From Bacteroidales bacterium (GTDB taxonomy: Bacteria > Bacteroidota > Bacteroidia > Bacteroidales > JALOCA01): DNA of 64,000 nt. The notes under the pieces were generated by a model. That model did not search any database, had not been told where the DNA came from, and saw nothing but the letters and a program-made list of their open reading frames with translations. The position numbers and the translations under genes are program-made. Location of the stretch: NCBI GenBank assembly GCA_963665885.2, contig CAXXDR010000002.1:1186910-1250909 (forward strand), in the 5' to 3' direction. Of the stretch, positions 27,253 to 35,391 are shown one piece after another; the stretch's first letter is position 1, and every line of letters starts with the position of its first letter.

Positions 27253-27277
27253 TTTTTCCAAAATAAAATATATACCA

Positions 27278-28051
27278 ATGAAAAAAATATTTATTTCAAT
27301 AATTTTTCTATTTGTTTTATCCGATTTTCTTTTTGCTCAGGATATCATTACTCTTTATTACAACAGCAACTGGGTAGAAATATCAAACAAAGATGAAGCT
27401 ACTTATTACAGGAAAGCATTTGAAGATACCAACAAGGTTTGGAATGTACGGGATTATTACATAAGTAATAAAATTCAAATGACAGGCGCTTTTAAATCAA
27501 AGAAATTAACATCAAGGCAAGGTCATTTTATTTATTATCATGAAAATGGTAAAAAATCTTCTGAGGGAAATTACATTAATAATAGGGCAGAGGGATTCTG
27601 GAACTATTGGCACGAAAATGGTCAAAAGAAGTCTTCAGGAGAATATTTGGCAGGTAAGAAAGAAGGTGTTTGGGAGTATTGGTACGAGAATGGAAGTAAA
27701 AAATCAGAAGGAAAATATTTAAAAGATGAGAGCGTAGATGTCTGGAATTATTGGTACCAAAGTGGTCAATTGAAAAGTAAAGAAACCTACAAAAAGGATG
27801 GATTGTTCACTTACGAAGGATATTATGAGAATGGGGCGGCTAGAGTTAAAGGAAATATTGTAAATGGTAAACCTCAGGGAACATGGGTGTATTGGAATAG
27901 CGACGGAAGAATTACTATGAAGGGCGATTTTAATCATGGATTAAAAGATGGCGAATGGATACGGTCTTTCCCATATAGTGAGATGAAATTACTTTTTAAG
28001 AATGGGGTTTATGAAGGTAAACAATTTGGTGGAATTGTCAGAACCGAATAG
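27278..28051 (+). CDS. Secreted MORN-repeat-variant (YwqK-family-like) protein
   Basis: The 257-aa ORF has a signal peptide and about 6 repeats of the G.W.YW(H/Y)ENGQ.KS.G.Y type. Confidence 0.75.
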   Translation: MKKIFISIIFLFVLSDFLFAQDIITLYYNSNWVEISNKDEATYYRKAFEDTNKVWNVRDYYISNKIQMTGAFKSKKLTSRQGHFIYYHENGKKSSEGNYINNRAEGFWNYWHENGQKKSSGEYLAGKKEGVWEYWYENGSKKSEGKYLKDESVDVWNYWYQSGQLKSKETYKKDGLFTYEGYYENGAARVKGNIVNGKPQGTWVYWNSDGRITMKGDFNHGLKDGEWIRSFPYSEMKLLFKNGVYEGKQFGGIVRTE

Positions 28052-28145
28052 TTTGATTATTTCGGTGAACCAGCGCCATTGATTTCGGAGTAAACGGCGC
28101 CCACCTAAAGGGTTAGGATTTGTAATGCAGTATTAATCATTTTTT

Positions 28146-28255
28146 AACCTTAGTAGAAAAAATTACACAAGCGAAAAACAACCTTATTCCATTATAATCA
28201 TTAAAATAAGGTAATAAGGTTGTGGGTTATGGTGGTTATTATTTCTACTAAGGTT
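28146..28255. repeat. Nested word-built hairpin H4
   Basis: The outer arms are AACCTTAGTAGAA (28146-28158) and TTCTACTAAGGTT (28243-28255). The inner arms are AACCTTATT and AATAAGGTT. The loop contains CATTATA. Confidence 0.7.
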
Positions 28256-28363
28256 CAAGGATGAAAAATAAGGTTTCCCTTTTTTGTTTACCCGGCTGAA
28301 CGGAAAATGTTTTGCCGTCAGAAATAAATTCTACTAAGGTTCAAGGATGAAAGATAAGGTTTT
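28243..28363 (+). repeat. Direct repeat of a ~35-bp unit, 86 bp apart
   Basis: TTCTACTAAGGTTCAAGGATGAAAAATAAGGTTT at 28243 and TTCTACTAAGGTTCAAGGATGAAAGATAAGGTTT at 28329. The second copy directly abuts the cysK remnant. Confidence 0.8.
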
Positions 28364-28368
28364 CTTTG

Positions 28369-28473
28369 GCGGCAATAGCCAAAAAGCTTCCTGAATTTCT
28401 GGAAAACAGCCGGATTTTAACCTTTGCCTACGATACCGGCGAACGGTATTTGTCGGTGGAAGGATTGTATTAA
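28369..28473 (+). pseudogene. 3'-terminal remnant (35 codons) of a cysteine synthase (CysK/CysM-type PLP enzyme) gene
   Basis: It translates to [34 protein letters not shown]-stop, which fits the conserved CysK C-terminus (...D.GERYLS..L). An in-frame TGA lies immediately upstream, so there is no 5' part. Confidence 0.6.
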
Positions 28474-28503
28474 ACAATCCGAAATCATTACGTGTGAAAA
28501 AAC

Positions 28504-28535
28504 AAAAGGGCGCTTCCGCAAAAGCGCCCTTTTTT
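28504..28535. terminator. Bidirectional Rho-independent terminator
   Basis: The stem is GGGCGCTT/AAGCGCCC (8 bp, loop CCGCAA), flanked by an A-run and a T-run. It sits just downstream of the minus-strand stop at 28558 and of the cysK remnant. Confidence 0.7.
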
Positions 28536-28557
28536 AGTAGATTGTTACTCGCTTGTT

Positions 28558-31557
28558 TTACCGCTCGATCTTAAGCAGACTGTTGAATAATTCTTTATTG
28601 GCACTCAGTTTATCGGAATTTCCGTAGACGCAATACGTCTGCTGGGTTAAGACATCGCTAACCATTTTGGAGAAATTACGAATATCGACAGGAGTGGTTG
28701 AAAGCACGGCATCGCGGTCGCGCTGGATGTCCTGAAGTGTGCGTTTAGTGAAATACATACTTACGGCCTGACTTCCTTTTCCGGAAGGTGTCAAAGGCCT
28801 GTCCATGGAAGCTACCGTGCCGATGATGTAACGGGTCATCAGTTTAGGATCGGCTTCAAACTTGCTGAGGTAATCGGGAGTTCCTTTGTAATTATCCAAG
28901 GTTTCCTTCAGATTAGGATCGCGGTAGGAATTAAAGGTAACCATGCCTGTGGGCGAAAAAGAGGAATATCCGCCATAAGCGCCACCGATCACCCGAACGC
29001 GGGTTTGCAGCCAGTCGGTAGAAATCACCTGATTCAGCACGCGCATTTTGCCATTCCATTGATAGCCGAGTTTTTTAAAATCGTATCCTTCGATAACGTA
29101 TTGTACTTTGGAAGAGGTAAGCAGTCCTTCATTTTTCTTTTCCAGCTTAAACTCCCACATATTGCATGCGGTGGTAGTCGCCGGCATGATTTTAACCAGA
29201 GATTCCAGACCACGGTTGAAAACCGGTAAGTCGCCGGCGCTGCAGGTGGTTGCGGCTATCATGTTATCCTTTGTAAAAAGCAAAGAGGCAACTTTGGCAA
29301 GATTGGCGCTGATCTGGCTTGAATTTTTATCAAAATTGTTTACCAGATCGGTAACAAACCAGTAGTATTCCAGTCCGCTGGTCAGCTCATCAAACATACC
29401 CGAATTGGTGAAGTAAGAAGAAAGACGGGTGCTGGCATATACGTTTCCATTGCGTTTTACCCGGGCATCCAATTGCGACTGGTGGCGTACCAGAACGCTC
29501 TTCAGCCGTTCGGTATCGGTAAAACGGGTTTTATACAGTATTTCGCCGGTAAGTTCAAACATCTTATCCACCTTTGTGTTCAGCGCTTTGGTTGTTACCA
29601 CAAATTTTGGAACCAGCAGATCGTCGTCTAAATTTTCGAGATAGGAATTCAGGCTGGCGCCAAAGCCTCCGGTATGTATGTTCAGGGCTTTGTCCAATTC
29701 GCCATAGCTGTATTTTTCGGTACCCAACATATCGAGCACGTTCGACAGCAATTCGGCGTAGGGAAGCATATCGGTGGTTATCGCGTGCAGATCGAAGAAA
29801 AGATTGGTGTAAACCACATTATTGGTAAACTCATTGTGAAATAAAACCTTGTTCCCGCTCACTTCTTTTTCGTCGAGCGAATACGATTTGGCTTTGGCGT
29901 CAATGTCGCTGATATCGAGCATGGGGATGGTAGCCAGGGCTTCGGGAGTATCCTCCTGTTTCTGGAAAGCAATGAGGTCCTGTGTTTGTTTTACCAAAGC
30001 ATTGAGCGCATCTTCGCTCAGCGAAGCTTTGTATGCCTTAAGCTGTGCTTCCATTTTAGCATTATTTTCTTTATCGAGGCCTGGTTTTGGGGCAACCATC
30101 AGCAAAAGTGAATGGGGATTGTTAATCAGATATTTTTCCATCACCTTTTCCAGATAATTGGTGGTAAGGGCGGTTTTAACTTCGGTTAAAGGTTTTTCAT
30201 ACTCCAGTCCAAGGAAAGGGTCGTTGGCAAAGAAAAAGCCTGGCTGCGACTGGTAGATATACGTCAGTCCCTTCTGGGCGTCGTTGCCTTCCCTGAGCTG
30301 AAATTCCATACGGTTGAGAACGCCTTCCATTGCTTGTTTGTCGAGGCCCTTTTTAGCCACGTCTTTAAGCGTGTTCATCACGATGTCGTAGAACTTCTGT
30401 TTGTCGGAAGCATTGGCATTCTGAACGATGATCTGGATGACATTTTGTTTGTAATTGTTGCTGTAAGCCGAAACATCCTGGCCGATACCTGCCTTCTGGA
30501 GGGCAAGACGTATGGGAGCCGATTCCTGGTTTACCAGCAAATCGCACAGCATATCGAGCGACATGCACAGCGCCTGGTCGGTATTATGTCCGGCAACAAT
30601 ATTCAGCGAAAGATAGGTTTTGTTGGTTGTGTCGGAACCTTCCATCACTGAATAATAAGAAGTGGCTTCCTTCATTGCGGTAAAAGCTTTCTGATCGGTT
30701 ATTACAGGCAGTTTGCCGGTTTTGGTATATCCCGAGAGGTATTCTTTATCAATAAATTCAAGTTCTTTATCAAGGTTGCCGTCGCCATAAAGAAAAATAT
30801 AGCTGTTTTCGGGATGGTAATAACGCTTATAAAATTTCACGAAAGCTTCCTGGGTAAGGGTAGGAATGGTTGAGGGATGCCCGCCGGATTCAAAACCGTA
30901 AGCATTATCAGGGAAAAGATTTTTAAATGCCTGATAACTCAACTCGCGGGTAGGACTGGAATAAGCGCCCTTCATTTCATTATATACAACTCCGTTGTAG
31001 GTAACAGGACCATCCTTGTCGGGAAGCTCATAATGCCAGCCTTCCTGTTGCAGGATACGGCCATCGGTACACAACAAAGGATTGAATACGGCATCAAGGT
31101 ATACGTGCATCAGGTTGAAATAGTCCTTGTCGTTCATGCTTGCCACAGGAAACATGGTAAAATCCTTAGATGTCATGGCATTGAGAAAGGTATTGAGTGA
31201 ACCTTTACGGAGAACGTCAAAAGGACTCTTTACAGGAAAATGCGTTGAGCCGTTCAGCACGGAATGTTCAAGGATATGCGGAGCTCCGTTGTCCGACTCA
31301 GGAAAAGTTTTAAAGGCAATGCAGAAAGTTTTATTGGGATCGTCGGCAGCAATTTTTACCAGGTGTGCGCCGCTTTTGATATGTTCATAAAAATAGCAAT
31401 CGGCATTCAGTTCTTTGACGAACCGTTTTTCGATGAGCCGGAAACCGTGATTGTCGGCGGGCGGTATAGCCGACACTTTGCCCGAAAGCATGGCCATAAT
31501 CAGTAGTAAACCTACAGTCATTACTGGCTGGATTTTAAAGGTAGTGGATTTTTGCAT
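28558..31557 (-). CDS. M16C-family zinc metallopeptidase (PreP/insulinase-like)
   Basis: The 999-aa ORF has a signal peptide. The HxxEH zinc motif lies within HILEHSVLNGSTHFPVKSPFDVLRKGSLNTFLNAMTSKDFTMFPVAS, which closely parallels presequence-protease sequences. Confidence 0.9.
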   Translation of the reverse strand: MQKSTTFKIQPVMTVGLLLIMAMLSGKVSAIPPADNHGFRLIEKRFVKELNADCYFYEHIKSGAHLVKIAADDPNKTFCIAFKTFPESDNGAPHILEHSVLNGSTHFPVKSPFDVLRKGSLNTFLNAMTSKDFTMFPVASMNDKDYFNLMHVYLDAVFNPLLCTDGRILQQEGWHYELPDKDGPVTYNGVVYNEMKGAYSSPTRELSYQAFKNLFPDNAYGFESGGHPSTIPTLTQEAFVKFYKRYYHPENSYIFLYGDGNLDKELEFIDKEYLSGYTKTGKLPVITDQKAFTAMKEATSYYSVMEGSDTTNKTYLSLNIVAGHNTDQALCMSLDMLCDLLVNQESAPIRLALQKAGIGQDVSAYSNNYKQNVIQIIVQNANASDKQKFYDIVMNTLKDVAKKGLDKQAMEGVLNRMEFQLREGNDAQKGLTYIYQSQPGFFFANDPFLGLEYEKPLTEVKTALTTNYLEKVMEKYLINNPHSLLLMVAPKPGLDKENNAKMEAQLKAYKASLSEDALNALVKQTQDLIAFQKQEDTPEALATIPMLDISDIDAKAKSYSLDEKEVSGNKVLFHNEFTNNVVYTNLFFDLHAITTDMLPYAELLSNVLDMLGTEKYSYGELDKALNIHTGGFGASLNSYLENLDDDLLVPKFVVTTKALNTKVDKMFELTGEILYKTRFTDTERLKSVLVRHQSQLDARVKRNGNVYASTRLSSYFTNSGMFDELTSGLEYYWFVTDLVNNFDKNSSQISANLAKVASLLFTKDNMIAATTCSAGDLPVFNRGLESLVKIMPATTTACNMWEFKLEKKNEGLLTSSKVQYVIEGYDFKKLGYQWNGKMRVLNQVISTDWLQTRVRVIGGAYGGYSSFSPTGMVTFNSYRDPNLKETLDNYKGTPDYLSKFEADPKLMTRYIIGTVASMDRPLTPSGKGSQAVSMYFTKRTLQDIQRDRDAVLSTTPVDIRNFSKMVSDVLTQQTYCVYGNSDKLSANKELFNSLLKIER

Positions 31558-31578
31558 AGATATGAAGTTAATTTGGTA

Positions 31579-32028
31579 TCAGTGTTCGTCGTTTCGGTCT
31601 ATTTCGCGTTGCGTATCCTTTGTTTTGAGGGTTTCGCGTTTGTCGTACAACTTTTTTCCTTTGGCAATGGCAATATTAATCTTTGCCATACCATTTTCGC
31701 TCAGGAAAACAAGAGTAGGGATAATGGTTAATCCCTTCTCCTGTGTTTTGCTGAGTATTTTTTTAAGTTCGCGTTTGTTGAGCAGAAGCTTGCGGTCGCG
31801 TTTCGGTTCATGATTGTAATGCGTTCCGAACTTGTATTCCGAAATGTGCATATTGATAACAAACAACTCCGTACCTTTAAAAACACAATAGGCATCCGTA
31901 AGGTTGGCTTTTCCTTCGCGCAACGACTTGATTTCAGTCCCTGTAAGTTGAATGCCGGCTGTGAATTCTTCCAGCAGGAAGTACTCAAACGAAGCCTTTT
32001 TGTTTTTTATGTTGATAGTGTTTGCCAT
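31579..32028 (-). CDS. smpB: SsrA-binding protein SmpB
   Basis: The 149-aa ORF contains IKNKKASFEYFLLEEFTAGIQLTGTEIKSLREGKANLTDAY...HEPKRDRKLLLNKRELKKI. Confidence 0.95.
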   Translation of the reverse strand: MANTINIKNKKASFEYFLLEEFTAGIQLTGTEIKSLREGKANLTDAYCVFKGTELFVINMHISEYKFGTHYNHEPKRDRKLLLNKRELKKILSKTQEKGLTIIPTLVFLSENGMAKINIAIAKGKKLYDKRETLKTKDTQREIDRNDEH

Positions 32029-32054
32029 ATCGTCGACCGAATCGGCAAAGGTAA

Positions 32055-34424
32055 TTAAAATCTAAGATTCACACCTGCCAAAAAGTTAATCCCTGCCTGT
32101 GGAAAATATCCGTCCATTTTCTGATATTTATCTTCGTAATAATAGCGATATACCCAGGCATTGCTTTCGTATTTTTCGCTGAAAAGATTATTTACCATCA
32201 GGTTGAACCCAATCTCTTTGATGAGCCGGGTAGCGATAGCATAATGCAGACGGATGTTATTGACAAAATAGGGATCCAGTTTGCGGTCGTCGCTCGAAGT
32301 ATTGTCAATGTATTGTTTGCCCACGTATTTGCTTTCGTAGCTGAGGCTAAGATTTTTAAAAGGTATAAAAGTAAAAATATTGTTCGCAATCAGGTCGGGC
32401 GAAAGCAAGAGGTCGGTATTGCCGAGCTTGTTTTCCTTTTGTCCGCCAAGATCCCAGTCGTCAACATATTCGGTAAAGTTCTTGATTTTATTTTGACTTA
32501 ACGTGAAGTTTGCCTGCCAGGTCAACCAGTCCTGAATTTTGGCGCTTCCGCTGAATTCAATGCCGGTACGGTAACTTTTCGATACGTTGGTCATGATGGC
32601 GCTGCCCACATCATTGATTTTTCCGGTCAGAACCAGTTGATCGGAATAATCCATGTAATACAGATTTGCACCTACCGAAAGACTGGTCGAGTGGTAGTTG
32701 TAACCCAATTCATAATCATTCAGTATTTCGGGTTTAGGAAGCTTTCCGGGGTCGGCATCTTTAAAATTGTCGCGGTTAGGTTCGCGGTGGGCCACGCCAA
32801 ACGAAAAGTATATATTGTTTTGCTGGTTGATGTCGTAATTGATGCCGGCTTTGGGATTGATGAAATTGTAGCTGTGTTTCTGAGCTAGGTTTTTCCCATC
32901 GTCGTCCAGCCCGTCGATCTTAAAATGAACATAACGGTATTGCAGATCGCCATAAAGATTAAGTTTCGGATTAATCTGGTAATTTATTTTTACAAAGGAA
33001 TTGAAGTCTTTTTTATGGCTGTTGTTATCGTACCAATGATGATAATTATCAGTGTTGTAGGCGAGTTCCGTCCATACCACCTTGCCGTAATGATCGCCGT
33101 CGTACTGGCTGTATGCTCCACCCAGAGTGGTAGTTACTTTTTTCAGTTTATAATCGAGCGAATAGGTAATTCCGTAGAAATCGTTGTCCATCCATTTCTG
33201 GTGGATAAGGTTGGTCTTGCTGATGGTGTCGTTGCCGATAAAAAGCGTATCGAGGCCGAAATCTGCAAATTTGCCGTCAGCTTTATATTGTTCATAATAT
33301 CCTTGTCCTTTGGTATAATGCAGGGCAGCGTTCAGGAATAAATTCGGGTTAATTTCTTTGGAATAAAAAAGCTGGTAATGATCCTGCTGATAGTTGTCGG
33401 TTTCGTTGGGATAGGTAAAGGAATTATAGGTGCGGTTGGTATTCAGCGAGTCGGAAGGCACACCGTTCCAGGCAAGATGTGTACGTTCTTTTCCTGAAAA
33501 GATATTGAGTTTGATCAACGATTTGTTTCCAACATACGTGCCGGAGACGAAGAAAGATTTCAGGTCGGAAGCCGAATGGTCAATATATCCGTCGGAAGTG
33601 ATTTTGGATAAACGTCCGTCGAACGACCAGTGTTTGTTGATAAGCCCGCTGCCAAAGTCAACATTGTTTTTAAACGAATTGAACGATCCGCATGAACTAT
33701 TGATTTCGCCGTAAGGTTCCGCATTTACCTTGCTCGTTTGTATGTTGATGGAAGCGCCGAAGGCGGCGGCTCCGTTGGTGGAAGTGCCTACGCCACGTTG
33801 TATCTGCATATTATCCACCGACGAGCTGATGTCGGGTACATCTACCCAATATACTTCCTGGCTTTCGGCTTCGTTATACGGAATTCCGTTTACCGTAACG
33901 TTGATGCGTGTCATGTCGGTGCCGCGGATGCGCATGCCGGTGTAGCCTATGCCCATTCCGGCGTCGGAAGTGGTAACGACCGAAGGCGTATTTTCCATCA
34001 TATACGGCAAATCCTGACCGAGATTTAGTTGTTTTATCTCCAGCTTTTCGATGTTACGAACCGTTGCCGGCTGTTTGCCATTGACCCTGGTAGCCGAAAT
34101 GATAATTCCTTCTTGCAGAATGGAGCTTTTTACCAGTTCAATCTTTAGCAAAGTGTTTTGTGTTAAATTTACCTGTTGCGAATAATCCTGATAACCCATA
34201 AAGGAAATCTTCAGGGTGTAGATTCCCTTTTTCAGTTTTTTAATGGTAAAGTTTCCGTCGGCATCGCTGAAGCTTGCCATAAATGTGTTTTCGAGCCGGA
34301 CGTTGGCTCCCGGCAAGGCTTCCGACGAATGTTTGTCGGTAATTTTTCCCGTAAGGGTAAATTGTGAAAATGCAGCCCAGGGCAATAAAGCCCACATGGC
34401 AAAGAGTAACAGTTTTTTGTTCAT
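32055..34424 (-). CDS. TonB-dependent receptor with an N-terminal CarboxypepD_reg-like domain; likely an outer-membrane thiamine or thiamine-precursor transporter, given the riboswitch upstream
   Basis: The 789-aa ORF has a signal peptide. FTLTGKITDKHSSEALPGANVRLENT is CarboxypepD_reg-like. There is a plug domain, and the C-terminus ends in an aromatic residue (...AGVNLRF). A TPP riboswitch lies about 55-60 nt upstream. Confidence 0.88.
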   Translation of the reverse strand: MNKKLLLFAMWALLPWAAFSQFTLTGKITDKHSSEALPGANVRLENTFMASFSDADGNFTIKKLKKGIYTLKISFMGYQDYSQQVNLTQNTLLKIELVKSSILQEGIIISATRVNGKQPATVRNIEKLEIKQLNLGQDLPYMMENTPSVVTTSDAGMGIGYTGMRIRGTDMTRINVTVNGIPYNEAESQEVYWVDVPDISSSVDNMQIQRGVGTSTNGAAAFGASINIQTSKVNAEPYGEINSSCGSFNSFKNNVDFGSGLINKHWSFDGRLSKITSDGYIDHSASDLKSFFVSGTYVGNKSLIKLNIFSGKERTHLAWNGVPSDSLNTNRTYNSFTYPNETDNYQQDHYQLFYSKEINPNLFLNAALHYTKGQGYYEQYKADGKFADFGLDTLFIGNDTISKTNLIHQKWMDNDFYGITYSLDYKLKKVTTTLGGAYSQYDGDHYGKVVWTELAYNTDNYHHWYDNNSHKKDFNSFVKINYQINPKLNLYGDLQYRYVHFKIDGLDDDGKNLAQKHSYNFINPKAGINYDINQQNNIYFSFGVAHREPNRDNFKDADPGKLPKPEILNDYELGYNYHSTSLSVGANLYYMDYSDQLVLTGKINDVGSAIMTNVSKSYRTGIEFSGSAKIQDWLTWQANFTLSQNKIKNFTEYVDDWDLGGQKENKLGNTDLLLSPDLIANNIFTFIPFKNLSLSYESKYVGKQYIDNTSSDDRKLDPYFVNNIRLHYAIATRLIKEIGFNLMVNNLFSEKYESNAWVYRYYYEDKYQKMDGYFPQAGINFLAGVNLRF

Positions 34425-34477
34425 TTGATTAAAATTTTAAGTTAAACTTTTAATCAATAGAGGGAAAAAATTCGATA

Positions 34478-34566
34478 GATGCTTGTTATTCCCTTCGCCG
34501 GCATTATCCGGAGCAGGTTCAAAGAGTATGATCTCAGCCCGTTAGTTTAGGGCACCCCTATTGGTA
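34478..34566 (-). promoter_or_regulatory. TPP (THI-box) riboswitch
   Basis: The minus strand reads AGGGGTGCCCTAAACTAACGGGCTGAGATCATACTCTTTGAACCTGCTCCGGATAATGCCGGCGAAGGGAATAAC. This matches the THI-element core: GGGGUGC, GCUGAGA, a pyrimidine-sensor helix reading ACUC where the consensus has ACCC, then UUGAACCUG, CCGGAUAAUGCCGGCGAAGGGA. Confidence 0.9.
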
Positions 34567-34684
34567 ATCTTTTTGCAAAAATAAATAAATATTTTACCTT
34601 ATCTGACGAAAAGATATAATTTTTTTTGAAGGGAAATCATGAATTCAAATCTATAAACGTTTTTTTACACACCCATTTGATGTC

Positions 34685-34975
34685 TCTTTGAATCCATTTT
34701 TAATGATCTTGAATAAATTTAGCCACATCTTGAATGCATTTAGGATGATCTTGAATGGATTTAGCCACATCTTGAATAGATTTTAGATGATCTTGAATAC
34801 ATTTTAGTACATCTTGAATAGATTTAGGTCGATCTTGAATGGATTTAGGCACATCTTGAATAGATTTAGGATGATCTTGAATAGATTTAGGCCGATCTTG
34901 AATGCATTTAGGATGATCTTGAATACGTTTTAGCCCATCTTGAATAGATTTAAGATGATCTTGAAGGGTATAACC
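34685..34975. repeat. Tandem array D: 14 units of 21 bp (~294 bp), consensus ATCTTGAATRSATTTAGGNNN, with alternating unit types (a 42-bp super-period)
   Basis: The TCTTGAA anchor recurs at 34707, 34728, 34749 and so on to 34959 (13 units at exact 21-bp spacing), plus a degenerate first unit at 34685. ORF 34700..35035 is a heptad artefact. The array lies about 120 bp upstream of the riboswitch 5' end. Confidence 0.95.
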
Positions 34976-35040
34976 AAGGAGTGTAAAACAAACTGTGTCA
35001 AAGAGGATAAATAATGAAATTTGACAAAAAAACAAAATAG

Positions 35041-35251
35041 AGTTTCAATTTAGATAAGCCAAAAAATAATGCGGATCGAGAGTTGAAAATAAAAGATATA
35101 AATAGTAAACTCCGTGGTTCTCTATGCAATTAAAATATTATAACACAGAGTTTCGCAGAGAAATCACAGAGTTGCACAGAGAAGGTTTCAACCGTTGATT
35201 TGCATAAATAACTATTTGCTATGGATTGAAAGATATTAATCCGAATATTTT
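35041..35251. repeat. Conserved module E, copy 2
   Basis: It aligns with 20903-21137 from GTTTCAATTTA... through ...GGTTTCAACCGTTGATTTGCATAAATAACTATTTGCTATGGATTGAAAGATATTAATCCGAAT. The 5' arm of the long hairpin is partly deleted in this copy. Confidence 0.85.
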
Positions 35252-35310
35252 TCCGCCCGGAACAAAACGGTTCTGGGTACTCGGAACCGCTCAGCGGGGG
35301 ATTTCAAAAT

Positions 35311-35367
35311 AAGGATTAACTATTTTAGAAATAGATGCACATCATCATTCTAAAATCGTTAATCCTT
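35311..35367 (-). terminator. Long hairpin downstream of sprA (probable terminator)
   Basis: AAGGATTAAC TATTTTAGAA ... TTCTAAAAT CGTTAATCCTT forms a stem of roughly 19 bp, about 25 nt after the sprA stop. The flanks are T-rich. Confidence 0.5.
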
Positions 35368-35391
35368 TTTCGTTATTTTTACTTGTTGATA

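Noticed and set aside
34700-35035. 111-aa minus-strand ORF with KSIQD(H/R/V)P heptads
   Set aside because: Same artefact as above, here from array D. Any stop-free 21-bp unit yields an open frame across the whole array.
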